A stretch of DNA of 64,000 nucleotides from Octopus vulgaris (GCA_951406725.2 OX597820.1:117180001-117244000); one strand, 5' to 3'; shown: positions 25,763 to 39,359, counted from the stretch's first letter. Numbers and translations are program-made. Notes: generated by a model not told the origin, from the letters alone.

Positions 25763-25808
25763 ATTACAACATTTCAGCTGATATACCCTCCAGCCTTCAT
25801 CAGGTGTC
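25763..25808 (-). ncRNA. Minimal hammerhead motif (H1), helix I damaged
   Basis: GACAC-CUGAUGA-A-GGCUG-GAGGGUAUAU-CAGCU-GAA-AUGU-U-GUAAU. Confidence 0.7.
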
Positions 25809-26062
25809 TTGGGGAAATTCCGAACCTGGGTTCTCATTTCTAAGGTATTATTTGATGTTGCTGTTGTTGTTTTTGTTATAATTATTATTATTATTATTAT
25901 TATTCAGGTCACTGTCTGGAATCGAACTTAACTACTACGCCATATGCCCGTGACCAGAATAATAATAATAATGATAACAATAACAACAACAACAACAACA
26001 ACAATAACAATAACATCGAAAAATACCTTAGGAATGAGAACCCAGGTTCGAAATTTCCCCAA

Positions 26063-26108
26063 GACACCTGATGAAGGCTGGAGGGTATCTCAGCTGAAAT
26101 GTTGTGTT
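26063..26108 (+). ncRNA. Minimal hammerhead motif (H1)
   Basis: GACAC-CUGAUGA-A-GGCUG-GAGGGUAUCU-CAGCU-GAA-AUGU-U-GUGUU. Confidence 0.78.
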
Positions 26109-26194
26109 AACAACAAACAGGATGAGGACAAATATCCGTCAAATGTAAATAATGTAAATAATATACATAATTCCTCATCTCTTAAGTACAGAAC

Positions 26195-26604
26195 TCTCTC
26201 TTTCTCTTTTTTTACTCTTTTACTTGTTTCAGTCATTTGACTGCGGCCATGCTGGAGCACCGCCTTTAGTCGAGCAAATCGACCCAAGGACTTATTCTTT
26301 GTAAGCCCAGTACTTATTCTATTGGTCTCTTTTTTGCCGAACTGCTAAGTGACGGGGACGTAAACACACCAGCATCGGTTGTCAAGCAATGCTAGGGGGA
26401 CAAACACAGACACACAAACACACACATATATATATATATACATATATACGACAGGATCTTTCAGTTTCCGTCTACCAAATCCACTCACAAGGCATTGGTC
26501 GGCCCGGGGCTATAGCAGAAGACACTTGCCCAAGGTGTCACGCAGTGGGACTGAACCGGGAACCATGTGGTTGGTTAGCAAGCTACTTACCACACAGCCA
26601 CTCG
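26195..26604 (-). mobile_element. tRNA-derived SINE, family A
   Basis: Near-identical to 23870-24303. Confidence 0.92.
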
Positions 26605-26974
26605 TGTATAATTATATAATTAGTTCAAAATAATGGGAATACATAAGCATCACATGTGACAGACTAGTTTGAATTTTGAAGGGTTAAAGTCAGAATAATC
26701 TTAAAGTCTTTTTGGCAAATAGCTTGAGTTATTGTTTCTAAAATGGTTTGGGCTGAGACAATTACCCTCTCTCCACTTGTAGAGTGTTTTTTTATATTTT
26801 AAGAGAAAACAATTGTTTTTTTTTGTTTTTTGTTGTTTTTTTTGTATATATTTGATAAGATTAAAAAATATCAACAAGGAAAGTTAAGTAAAAGTATTTT
26901 CAGAAGTTATTGCCAAGAATGTGACACAAGGAAATCCATAGTAACAATCATTGGTAATGTAACAGTTTGGTTCT

Positions 26975-27068
26975 GACGATGAGGAAGATATGGACGATGA
27001 TGATGATGATGATGGCGACCATGATAATAATGAGAATATTGATGACAATGATGATGATGATGATGATA

Positions 27069-27099
<31 letters not shown>

Positions 27100-27450
27100 C
27101 GATGGTGATGATGACAATGATCATGTTGATGATGATGACAATGATGATGGCGATGGTGATGATGATAATGATGATGACGATGGTGATGATGATAATGATG
27201 TTGATGATGATGACAATGATGATGACGATGGTGATGATGATGATGATGACAATGATGATGATGATGATGACAACGACGATGATAATGCGAATATTGATGA
27301 CAATGATGATGATGATGATGACAATGATGATGACGATGGTGATGATGATGATGATGATGATGATGACAACGACAATAATAATAGTGAGAATATTGATGAT
27401 GACAGCAACAATGACGACAGCAATGGTGGTGGTGGTGGTAATGATGAGGA
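26975..27450. repeat. Degenerate (GAT)n microsatellite with recurring GAGAATATTGATGA variants
   Basis: Direct reading. Confidence 0.92.
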
Positions 27451-27794
27451 TAATTCTTTATTTGCCACAAGGACAATGAATATAAGACTTTAGGTCGTTC
27501 AGTTTCACAACTGTAGAGGCTTTTTCTTACACTCAACATACACATCTTTGTTGTTCTAATCATCCACTTCATACCTCTGCTTCTCTACTTTTCCATTCAG
27601 ACTTCAGTCGAAAACATCATCACAGAATTAGTCAGTTCTCAGTCAAGACCATTCCCTTTCTACATAAGTTAGTGACCATATCTCACTCATAAATTCCACT
27701 TTCAGTCATGATTTCTATGGTTCCTTCCTCCTCTTATGGTCAACCACTTTACAGATTGTACTTGCAAATCCATTTTAAAGTCACAGGTCACCTT

Positions 27795-28242
27795 TTGTTA
27801 GTGCTGGTCATGCTGGTGGCACTTTAAAAGCACCATTCACCTGTGATCATTACCAGTTCCACCTGACTGGTTCCCGTGCCAGTGGCAGGTAAAAACACCA
27901 TTCAAGCGTGGTCAATACCAGTGCTGCCTGACTGGTCGCCTGCCAGTGGTATGTAAATTGTACCATTTGAGTTCTGCCTGACTGGCTCCCATGCCAGTGG
28001 CATGTAAAAAGCACCATTCAAGCATGATTGATGCCAGTACCGCCTGACTGGCCCTCATAAAAAGCATTCACTACACTCCTGGAGTGGTTGGCTTTAGGAA
28101 GGGCATCAAGCTGTAGAAGTATTACCAGATCAAGATTGGAGCCTGGTGCAGCCTTCTGGCTTGCCAGTCCTCAGTCGAACCATCCAACCCATGCCAGCAT
28201 TGAAAGCGGACGTTAAACGACAATGATGATGATGATGATGAT
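27795..28242 (+). mobile_element. RTE 3' UTR-derived repeat, about 4 tandem units, (GAT)n tail
   Basis: Repeated TGCCAGTGGCA.GTAAAAAGCACCATTC units followed by the standard tail. Confidence 0.85.
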
Positions 28243-29427
28243 GCTTTCACCACTTTTCCATACAAAGGCACAAAAGTGATGACCAACCACAGACCAGTGT
28301 CATTTTCAATGTCTCTTAAGGTGACTCTTGTATTTCTTTGTCCCACAGACTGAGGGACAAATGAATAAACTGATGTACATCTGACAACTTCAGCCCATGT
28401 TTTCACTGAGTCTTCAATTTTAAAAGTGTAACAAATTGGGTTTTAACTTTTGTCGTTTTTTGCTAGTCATGGAGGATAAAATGTGTTTTCTTGAAGGAGC
28501 ACATAAAAAGAAGAACTGTAACAAAGCAACAAGAAATTCCAAACAATAAATAATTTCCCAAAACTTTTGAAAGTTACTCTTGAAAATTCCACAAAACTAT
28601 GGCCACCCTAACCCCTGAAGCAAGTACCTTCCTCCCTGCTGTCTTCCTTCAATCTGCAGGTACATGCTCAGAGTAGGCCTGTTCACTCAGACAATGTTTT
28701 CCACTCTCATCCATCTTTCACCAAGGAAACAACATTTCTCTCCCTCCCCTGGATAAATTGATGAGAGGTTGACAAAAGAGGAACATGTCTGTTTTCAGTT
28801 CTTTCATTCTGGTCCAAGGCACAACAGCTTTTACTAAAACCACCAGACAGTTAAAGACTGCCTGTCTTTCCTAGGAGACAATGTTGACTATGGCAGGATT
28901 TGAGCCCAGAAAATAAAGGGACATAAATACTGCAACATATTTTACCTGACACTCTATCATTTCTGCCAATCTGCCAAAATATTGACCAACAATCTAGCAA
29001 TGATTTTACAATAATGTTGTATCAGATATAAGGAATCACTTCTTGAAATATCTATTGAAATATGGATTAAACAGCCATGGATTGGATTTCTATAACAACT
29101 TTCTGACACTATAAGGGTTAACAGAGAGTACTGCAGGGTCTCAGAACTGTTAGGGCCTCAATATTTGTTATAATTCAATAGTGGTATGGTGTTAGAAGAA
29201 TTTTACCAAATTCCTTAGAGTTCAGATATGTTCTTATATATACTGAGAAGAAAATCGTTCTATGGCTACAGTATGACAGAACAAAAAGATCTCAGGGGCC
29301 CATCATCATCATAATGATCATTGTTTAACATTAATTTTCCATAATGGTATGTTTTGGATGGTTTGAGAGAAGCCAAGAATGACAACAATGATGATGATGA
29401 TGAATATTTGTCATATATATATATATA

Positions 29428-30463
29428 TTACCTCTGCTGGTGACAAAGGGCCTCTCACTCAGAGTAAAAGGTAGACTGTATGATGCATGTGTATGAACAG
29501 CCATGCTACATGGCAGTGAATCATGGGCCGTGACTGCTGAGGACATGCGTAAGCTTGCAAGAAATGAAGCCAGTATGATCGGCTGGATGTGTAATGTCAG
29601 TGTGCATACTCAACAGAGTGTAAATGCTTTGAGAGAAAAGTTGGACCTAAGAAGCATCAGATGTGGTGTGCAAGAGAGACGACTGTGCTGGTATGGTCAT
29701 GTGTAGTGTAATGGATGAGGAGAGCTGTGTGAAAAAGTGCCACACCCAAGCGATTGAGGGAACCTGTGGAAGAGGTAGACCCAGGAAGACCTGGGATGAG
29801 GTGGTGAAGCACAACTTTCGAACATTAGGCCTCACCGTGGCAATGACTATTGACAGAGACTTTTGGAAATATGCTTAAGAAGACCCAGCAAGCCAAGTGA
29901 GACCATAACCTCGTGGCTTATGCCAGGGGTGTAACCAGCCCACTTATGCGTACCTTTCCTTCATTGGACACTAAACTCTACTTGCGAAGACCTGTTGAGG
30001 CAAGTGAAATTGAAATTGAAATCAAATTTGATGACTGACATCTGTGCTAGTGGAGTGCTAAGAGCACCATCCGAGTGGGATTGTTGCCAGAGCAGCTGAT
30101 TGGCACTTGTGCCAGTGGCACGTAAAAAGCACAATTTGAGTGTGATCATTACCAGCGTTGACTTACTGGCACTTGTGCCAGTGGCATGTGAAAAAAACAT
30201 CTGAACAAGGTCATTGCCAGTGCCGCTGGACTGGATCCTGTGCAGGTGGCACGTAAAAAATACCATTTGAGCTTGGCTGTTGCCAGTAACGCCTGACTGG
30301 CCCCCGTGCCACTCTCGGAGTGGCTGGCATTAGGAAGGGCATCCAGCCGTAGAAACTCTGCCAGTTCAGATTGGAGCCTGGTGCAGCCATCTGGTTTGCC
30401 AGTCAAATCATCCAACCCATGCTAGCATGGAAAGCGGACATTAAGCGATGATGATGATGATGA
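29428..30463 (+). mobile_element. RTE-clade LINE 3' end (ORF C-terminus, structured 3' UTR, (GAT)n tail)
   Basis: KGRLYDACV..MLHGSESWAV..ERRLCWYGHV..GRGRPRKTWDEVV..DRDFWK. Confidence 0.92.
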
Positions 30464-31184
30464 TATCATAAAGATCTCACAGATATTCTAAAAGTTATGG
30501 AGTAGCCTTAATTTGCATCATAAAACATTTTCAAATATTCTAAAAGTTTATAGATATGATATAAAAGTATCGTATTTTATTATTTCAGTATATTCTGAAA
30601 TATTATCGATATCTCAAACTGATATAACATGTTGATATAGAATATGCTCTGAAATTACAGACTTAATAAAATCAAAGAGGAATACCACATTAATTATTGA
30701 TTCCACACAGTCTTTTAATAAATAGTTTTGATGATTATTTTCAGTTGGTGCCAAAGAATGGTAATGAATCAGTAACTTGGACATTTTTAGCACATTGAAG
30801 ACTTAAAGAAGTCTGTGTTGTCCAATTTCTTCATCTCTAATCAGAAGCCAGGAACCAAATTAAGATCGTCTCTTGATGTTTCAATTCAAATGATGCTTTA
30901 TTTACAGTGCTTTTTTTTTTATAGTTTTTTTCATTATCTACAGTTCCATAAGGTGACACGTTGGCAAAATTGGTAAATTGTTTGATAAGATACTCAGCAA
31001 CATGTTTGCCAGTGTCTTACATTCTGAGTTCAAATATTCCAAGGTGACTTGGCTTTTCTTTCTTTCAATGTTGATGAAATAAGTATCAGTTGAACACCAG
31101 AGTTGATGTAATTGATTAGACCATTCCTCCAAGATTTCAGGACTTTTGCCTATACTCATCCTCCTCATCCTCATCATCCTCATC

Positions 31185-31872
31185 ATCATCATCATCGTAT
31201 AACATCCACTTTCCATGCTGGCATGGGTTGGACAGTTTGACTGAGGTCTGGAAAGCCAGCATCTGCACCAGGCTCCAGTCTGATCTCGCAGTGTTTCTAC
31301 AGCTGGATGCCCTTCCTAATGCCAACCACTCCATGAGTGTAGTGGGTGCTTTTTACATGCCACCAGCATCAATCATATTTGGATAGTGCTTTTTACTTGC
31401 CACCAGCATGGAGGCCAGTTAGTGGGTACTGGCATCAGCTACGTTCGGTTGGTGCTTTTTATGTGCCACTGGCATGGGGGCCAATCAAGCGGACCTGGCA
31501 TTGACCACATTCAGATGGTGCTTTTTATGTGCGACCGACATGTGAAACCAGTCAGTGGGCACTGGCCACAGCTACGATATTGGTTTTACATAACTCAACA
31601 GGTCTTCTCAAGCATATGATATTGTCCGACACATCAGGGGTATTCTAACAGGGCTGGACATGCATGGCTGCAATCTCACTTTAGTTGCCGGGTCTTCTCA
31701 ATCACAGCATATCTCCAAAGGTCTCGGTTTCATGTCATTGCCTGTGTGAGACCCAATGTTCGAAGGTCAGGCTTCACCATCTCATCTCATGTCTTCCTGG
31801 GTCTACCTCTTCCACTGGTTCCTTCTACAGTTAGGGAGTGGCACTTCCTCACACAGCTGTCCTCACTCATAT
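31185..31872 (-). mobile_element. RTE-clade LINE 3' end
   Basis: Minus strand gives SCVRKCHSLTVEGTSGRGRPRKT, then a UTR with tandem units and the tail. Confidence 0.88.
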
Positions 31873-31884
31873 GTAAAAGAATTA

Positions 31885-32112
31885 TTATTATCATTTATGG
31901 ATGTTGCACAGTATACAATATCTTGAGGTTGTTGATTCGTTAATCTTGAAAGGAATAAAAGACATTACCAAAAGATGTTACCAAACATTATCAAAAGTAA
32001 AAAGCACCGGTTCTGGTTCCACATAAAAAGCATTGGTGCAGACAGTACTTTATGTAATATGTGTGCAGTTCCAAGTAGTGCTGATGTTTGGTACTTCATC
32101 AAGGCATTTATT
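31885..32112 (-). mobile_element. Short Dong-derived element between TAA/CAA repeats
   Basis: Starts AATAAATGCCTTGATGAAGTACCA and encodes TSALLGTAHILHKVLS, the same terminal motif as the Dong ORF at 11351. Confidence 0.7.
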
Positions 32113-33420
32113 ATTGTTGTTGTTGTTGTTGTTGTTGTTGTTATTATTATTATAAAGGTAGGAAACTAGCAGAATCACTGGAGCATTGGACAAAATGTTC
32201 ATTGACATTTCTTCCAGCTCTTTATTATCTGAGTTCAAATACTGCCAAGGTCAACTTTGCCTTCCTTTCTTTTAAGGGTCAATAAAATAAGGACCAGAGG
32301 TCAGCTAATCTCTCTTCCAAAATTTTCTGGCCTTGTATCGAAATTTGAAGCAGTCACTTATGATGCTTAATGGATATGGCTTTCTCAATGAAGTCTTCAC
32401 TTCTAAAATAGATTGAATACAACTCAATGTGGATTCATATTTCTTTTTAATTAAGTGGTAAGTTGTAAATAAATTTTTATATTTCTTCCATCAGGTAATA
32501 TCAGCCAGAAAATGGGGAAACTGAGCTGAGAGTTCTGAATAAAAAAAGAGATACAAGAAGTAAAACGGCAGATCTATGAAGCTGATCTGAAGCATGAATA
32601 TATCCATGTTATCAACGTACAGGCCATATGGGAATCAAAGAACCCATGTGATTAACTTTATGGTAGTAACGGTACTTCCATTTCAGCTAGACTACCAAAT
32701 TATTCTTGAACTAAAAATAAGTCATCTTCATCTTCTTATCAAGTTTCACCTATATTTCCAAATAAAACCAAAACCTTGTTTCTATCTAGGGTTGTTTGAT
32801 AGATCCATGTCAAAAAAAGCATCCTGGCTATCCTGTTTCAGTTATTCTGATCTCCTGTTTTATTTTGGTCTCTGCTAAAGAAGCCCAGAGTTTTAACCAA
32901 ATTTCGGCAAATCTATGGAATCATTCCTAATTCATAATATTGATTTCATTGAACCCTACAGAATTTTCATCTTTTTTTTTTTGTTTTTGGTATTGAACAA
33001 ACGACTGTATATTATAATAAGAAAAGGTTCTTGGTTATTCTATCGATTTCAGAGAACATTATTATTTTATAGAATCAAATTTGATAGAAAGTCTAACCCA
33101 GAACATGGACTCAAAAACACAAACTGCTAACCACAGAAGACAGATTGACCATCTACTGTTTCTACAAATTCCTCCACCAGAACTTAAAAGATGTTAATAC
33201 ATGTTAAATATAATATTTTGATATCTCAGTCATTCATCACCGTCGTCACCATCATCATCACCAGCAGCAACATCACCACCACCACCACCACCACCACCAC
33301 CACCAAAACCACAACCACCACCACCACCACCACCACCACCACCACCACCACCACCACCACTACCACCATCATCGTCATCAGCATCAGCATCACCACCACC
33401 ACTACCACCACCACCACAAC

Positions 33421-33640
33421 CTATTTCTTTACTACCCACAAGGGGCTAAACACTGAAAGGACAAACAAGGACAGACAAACGGATTAATTCGATTATATCG
33501 AACCCAGTGCGTAACTGGTACTTATTTAATCGACCCAGAAAGGATGAAAGGTAAAGTTGACCTCAGCGGAATTTGAACTCAGAACGTATGGCAGACGAAA
33601 TACCACTAAGCATCTTGCCCGGCGTGTTAACGTTTCTGCC
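33421..33640 (-). mobile_element. tRNA-derived SINE, family B, inserted in (GGT)n
   Basis: Matches 56779-57010 and is flanked by CCACCACCACAACC on both sides. Confidence 0.88.
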
Positions 33641-34444
33641 ACCACCACCACCACCACCACAACCATCATCATCATCAGCATCACCATCACCACCTGCCTG
33701 ACCCTTCCCACCAAATTGGTGGCCCTTTTGCCTTTGTCAAAAATTATAGAGGAAGGTAATTGGTAGAACTGCAGCATCATCTGATGGAACAGCTTGTAGT
33801 ATTCAGTTGTAGTCCTTTATGTTCTGAGTTCAAGTTCTGCTGAAGTCAACTTTGTCATTTTGTCCCTCAAGAGTCGATGAAATAAAGTACCAGTCAACTA
33901 TTGGGGCTGATATAATCAACTGATCTTCTCTTTTCTTAAATTTCATGCCTTGTGCCTACGTTAGAAACTATTGTCATTTCTTGTTATATTAATGAGAAGG
34001 TAGTGGTGGTGGCGGTGGTGGTGGTGGTGGCAGCGGTGGTGGTGGTGGTGGTGGTGGTCATGGTGATTTTTGTTATGATGGTGATGATGGAACTGGTGGA
34101 TATGAGTAGCAGAAATGTAAATATAGATTATTAGGTGAAAAAAAAAAAAAAAAAAAAAAAAAGTTACAAAATAACAATCGAATCATTTTTTATATTATTG
34201 GTGTTATTGTTAATTCAGAAATCCTATTTATAAAATAACTTAATTGTTTTATTGATGTCTTTTTTGTAAAAGAAGGAAAAAGTACAATTATGAGTAAAGT
34301 GAATTCACACTGGAATTGGACTTTTAGAATAAAGAACAAAAACAACAGCAGAAAGAAATCTTCAGAACCGACAACGAGTCAAAGAGTGAAGCTTCGTGGG
34401 ATTTCTCAAACTGTGCGAAATATTTGGTGATTCTGCTTGAAAAC

Positions 34445-34830
34445 ATTGTCGTTGTCGTCGTCGTCGTCATTGCTATTGTCATTGTCTTCGTTGTTGCTGT
34501 TGTTGTCATTGTTGTTGTCATCACCATCATCATCATCATCATCATCATCACCACCACCACCACAATCATCATTGTCGTCGTCATCATCATCATCATCATC
34601 ATCGTCGTCGTCATCCTCATCATCATGTTCACCGCCATCATCATCATTACCACCACCACCACCATCATCATCATCACCACCACCACCATCATCGTCATCA
34701 TCATTGTCATCGTCATCATCATCATCATCATCTTCACCACCACCATCATCATCATTGTCGTCATTGTTGTCATCACCATCATCATCATCATCATCATCGT
34801 TGTCATCGTCGTTGTCATCATCGCCATCAT
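34445..34830. repeat. Degenerate (ATC/GTC/ACC)n microsatellite, the tail of the adjacent RTE-tailed element
   Basis: Direct reading. Confidence 0.9.
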
Positions 34831-35376
34831 TTAACATCCACGATCCATGCTGACATGTGTTGGATAGTTTGAAAGGCTCTGACGGGTCCAGGGCCCGTAT
34901 CATGTCCCAACATCTGCTTTGGCATGGGTTTTTACAGCTGGATGCTCTTCCTAATGCCAACCACTTAACAGAGCATACTGGGGGTTAGGTTTGTGCCACT
35001 AGCCCTGATGCGGTCACCATGCAGCCTGCAAGACTACAAAACCTGGTGGGTGGGGAGGGATGGATGTGAGGAGATGAGGGGTTAAAGAATGAGAGAAGGG
35101 AATGAAGGAGGGATGAGAATGTTCTTGTTTTAGAAGAGCTGTGTGGCGACCCACGTTTAGGAGAGAGGAGGAGAATGATCAGCAGGGGCTGCAAGTGCAG
35201 GTGGTGCCTCAAGGTACAGGGGGACAAGTAGTGTGGTCAGTAGGGGGCTTGCAGAGATACTATGGAGAAGCAAGCAATAGCAGGGATGGAAGGTAAGCAA
35301 CTGCTGTGAAGATTGGGTCATATTGTTGAAGGAAAAACAGAAAGAAAGAAAAAACAGAAAACCTTATATTGGATAA

Positions 35377-35758
35377 AGTCATTCTTTTCTACTCTAGGCA
35401 CAAGGCCTGGAATTTTGGGGGACAGGGACAACTGGCACTTAATTTAACGACCCCCAAAAGGATGAAAGGCAAAGTCGACTTCAGTGGAATTTGAACTCAG
35501 AACATAAAGACAGACAAAATACCTATTTGTTTTACTACCCACAAGGGGCTAAACACAGAGAGGACAAACAAGGACAGACAAAACGGATTAAGTCGATTAC
35601 ATCGATCCCCAGTGCATAACTGGTACTTAAATTATCGACCCCGAAAGGATGAAAGGCAAAGTCAACCTCAGTGGAATTTGAACTCAGAACGTAATGGCAG
35701 ACAAAATACGGCTACACATCTTGCCCGGCGTGCTAACGTTTCTGCCAGCTCTCCGCCT
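35377..35758 (-). mobile_element. Dimeric or self-nested SINE, family B
   Basis: Two copies of the GGATGAAAGGCAAAGTC..GGAATTTGAACTCAGAAC body with different tails; flanking direct repeat TATTGGATAA at 35367 and 35759. Confidence 0.8.
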
Positions 35759-36161
35759 TATTGGATAAGGTAATTGTAGATACAATATATCTGAATAACT
35801 GGTGAGGTGGCCATGGTAGGCATGGTTTAGATCATTAGTCTGCTGTAACACAGCTAAGTTGGGACCATGCAACAACAACAACAACAGAAACAGCAAACCA
35901 GTTCAAAGTTCTAACCATTTCACATTTCGTCATGATAATTCAACCTGGAAATTACTTTAAGACCACAATATGTCTCTGGAGTACTCAGCCACTTACACAT
36001 TAATTTCACAAAAAAAGAATTCACTCAACCAAACAACAGAATGCTGATGGAGAATTCACCACATTTCCATTCTATAGGGGGCAGCATAGGACCAAGTTCT
36101 GAACAGTAGTAGGTAAAAATTGCTCTCAAAGCCTTACCGTTTTCAAGAACTTCAAGATGAT

Positions 36162-36572
36162 ACTCTTTCTCTTTTTACTCTTTTACTTGTTTCAGTCATT
36201 TGACTGCGGCCATGCTGGGGCACCGCCTTTAGTCAAGCAACTTGACCCCAGGACTTATTCTTTGTAAGCCCAGTACTTATTCTATTGGTCTCTTTAGCCG
36301 AACCACTAAGTGACGGGGACATAAACACACCAGCATCGGTTGTCAAGCAATGCTAGGGGGACAAACACAAACACACACATGCATATATATATATATATAC
36401 ATATATACGACGGGCTTCTTTCATGTTTCCGTCTACCAAATTCACTCACAAGGCTTTGGTCGGCCCGAGGCTATAGTAGAAGACACTTGCCCAAGGTGCC
36501 ACGCAGTGGGACTGAACCCGGAACCATGTGGTTGGTAAGCAAGCTACTTACCACACAGCCACTCCTGCGCCT
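36162..36572 (-). mobile_element. tRNA-derived SINE, family A, full length
   Basis: Near-identical to the other family A copies. Confidence 0.92.
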
Positions 36573-36870
36573 TGATGGTGATGATTCCAGCATATGTCAG
36601 TTGGCTGTGTCGGCTGTAAACACTGCAAAACATCATTGATTGGCAACGATCTGCTGACCTTTAGGTTGCCAATTCCACCATCCTATTAGCTTAGCCTCTC
36701 ACATAACTGTCTGCAGAGACAGATATGCGTGAGGGTCAAAGTTGAAGAGAGGCGTAGCTATATTTGCTGCCTGAAAGATGGCTGTAGAATATACATAATT
36801 AGAGCAAGATTAACATAACATAAATACAGAGAATATAGGACTTCGTTGCTGTTGTTGTTGTTGTTGTGCT

Positions 36871-36947
36871 TGTTGCATAGTTACTGTTGCATAGTTACTG
36901 TTGCATAGTTACTGTTGCATAGTTACTTGTTGCATAGTTACTGTTGC
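36871..36947. repeat. Minisatellite (TGTTGCATAGTTAC) x about 5.5
   Basis: Direct reading; period 14. Confidence 0.9.
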
Positions 36948-37639
36948 TATGGCTGATGTTATCATTTAGCTCCATGTTAACCCAGTTAGGATCAAAGATG
37001 CTCAACATTACCAAAAAGTTTGTGTTTTTTAATGAGTCTGTAAACTGCATTGTTTAATGTATCTCTTTTTCATTCTTTTTACTTGCTTCAGTCACTGGAC
37101 GGCAGGCCATGCTGGAGCACCCACTCTGAAAAATTTTAGTCAAGCAAATTGACCGCGGCACTTATTTTCATAAGCTTGCTACTGATTCTATCAGTCTCTG
37201 CTTGTCAACCAGTGGTGGGGGACAAATACATACACACACACACAAACACACACACTAACACACACATACTACACACACTCACTAACACACACATGCATGC
37301 ACTGCATGCACACACAAACACACACACACATGCATGCACACACACACACATACACACACACACACACACACGCACAACAGCAAAACCGTTGTGCTACACT
37401 TTGACAATTTTTGATATCTCGGCATCTGAAGCAGCTGGAGATACGACAGTTTGACCAAAAGAACCGGCCATTGGAAGCAAAAATAAATATTGAAGAAAAA
37501 AGCATCTGGCGCTGTTACTGAATATCCCTCTTTGAGAGATTTAGAAATAATAATGTTTCTATATTTTAATATTTGTAAGCAGTTTTGAAATAAAGGTAAA
37601 TATTTGATAATATTTAACAAATATGTTATATTTACATTA

Positions 37640-38256
37640 CGAAGGATCCATTGTAACTCCCCAGATTATAGCGTAACCTATCTGCAAGTCAACCACAAAT
37701 ACTTGTTGTGACAACCCCAAACTAAGGGTATTACCTATCCATGAGTATATATGGTTCTTCATTTTTGATGCCTTCAAGAGCAAATCAAGTTCCTGTGTAG
37801 CTCTCTCAACATGGTAGAGTAAATTCTGGGCTGTTGACAAATTGTCTTCAAGAAGGCAGATATCATCTGCAAATGCAAGTTCTTCTGAATGGCTCACAAT
37901 GACGGATCTGAATATCTGGACAGACAAGGAAGTTAGATGGTAACTACACCTATCCCTTGTGTATTGCCCTTAATATCCCTTGGCAGTTGCAGATGACTAA
38001 CAAGGTCTTAAATGGCAGTTTTCCAAAGATTTCAACTGTCATAAGAAAGTGTCATCTAATTCTTGCTGGACATGCAATGAGACACAGTGAAGCTGCTGTA
38101 AGAATTCCATCATGGTCCCCCGATATCAATCATGGATGTGATCACCCAAACCTGGCCTTCATTGAGGAAGACATTGGACTATATGGCAGTGTCTTACTGA
38201 TGCAAGACCATCATACATGGAGGAACCTCATAATGTCATCAACTGGAGTCAGTTAA
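37640..38256. mobile_element. Old RTE-type LINE with a 5' inversion
   Basis: Minus 37640-37895: LAFADDICLLED..AQNLL. Plus 37898-38256: GSE..LDG..LNIPWQ..TNKVL..LAGHAMR..MQDHHTWR. Confidence 0.75.
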
Positions 38257-38519
38257 TCTAAAAAAATTTAAAATATATATATACGATGGGCTTCTTTCAG
38301 TTTCCATTTACCATATCTATTCAGAATGCTTTTAAATTGGCCCAAAGCTATATTAGAAGACACTCGCCCAAGGTGCTACATAGTGGGACTGAACCCAGGA
38401 CCATGTGATTGGGAAGCAAGGTTCTTACCGCATGGCCATGCCTGCTACTTTTAACAGGTCAAACATGTACAGGTTATCATGTATAGGTTCTAACCAGTTA
38501 GCATTGCTTAGCCCCAGGG

Positions 38520-38800
38520 CATCTCCACCACCTCCACCACCACCACCAATACAACCAACAACAACAACAAAAACAATGCTATTGTTGAAGAAAAGAGACA
38601 ATCTGGGTTTTAAGTTGGAAGCAAAGAGCACCTGTTAAGACTGTAGGTGTTTAAAAAAAGAGCTGAACTGGTAGCAGCAGCAGCAGCAACAGTAGCAGCA
38701 GCAGCAGTAGGAAGAGGAGGAGGAGTAGTAGTAATAGTAGTAGTAGTAGTGGTGGTGGTGGAGAGCGGCAATGGTGGTGATGGTGATGATGATGATAATG
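38520..38800 (+). repeat. Local duplication, copy 1 (copy 2 at 39990-40330)
   Basis: A core of about 95 bp, TATTGTTGAAGAAAAGAGACAATCTGGG..GAGCTGAACTGGTAGCAGCAG, is nearly identical in both copies. Confidence 0.9.
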
Positions 38801-39359
38801 GTCTCTCTCTGCAGCTCCTCTTGATCATTCTCCGCTCCTCTTCTAAATGTGAGTAGCCATGCAGCTCTTCTGCAACAAGAAACCTGCCCTCGCTCAACCC
38901 TTCTCATATCCTCATCCCCTACCGTACAGCCAAACCCACACCATCAGGTTTTCTAGCCTTGTCAGCTGTATGGTGACCCCTCATTAGTGCCTGTAGCATG
39001 TACAAAAAGCACCCAGTCCTTGATGTAAAGTAGTCAGCATTAAGGAAAGCATCCAGCCATGGAACCATATCAAAGCAGACACTAGGGAACAATGTGGTCC
39101 TTGGGAACCGTTGGACCCTTATCGAACTGGCTAACCTATGCCAGCATGGATCAGGGGTGTTAAATGACAACGATGATGATGATGACAACGACGACGATAA
39201 TGATGATGGTGATGAGGAGAAGAAAGATGATAAGGGGGAGGAAATGATGATGGTGGTGCTGAGGATGACGGTCATCATCAAAGATGTTCCAGCCATGGCT
39301 GCCCCATCTGTCTTCAGATATACCATATCACGTTATTCAGTATGTCATCCCTATTTTTG

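Larger units (their letters stand above)
25703..26193. mobile_element. Hammerhead family H1, copy 2 (uninterrupted): arm(-), (TTA)n, tRNA-like head(-), (AAT/AAC)n, arm(+)
   Basis: Arms 25703-25860 and 26010-26193 are reverse complements. The centre 25903-25958 matches 12972-13050 with an internal deletion. Confidence 0.85.
25585..26687. mobile_element. TTAA/CCC-terminated MITE hosting the H1 copy and a SINE
   Basis: GTAA-CCCTTC at 25585 and GAAGGG-TTAA at 26678-26687. Confidence 0.45.
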
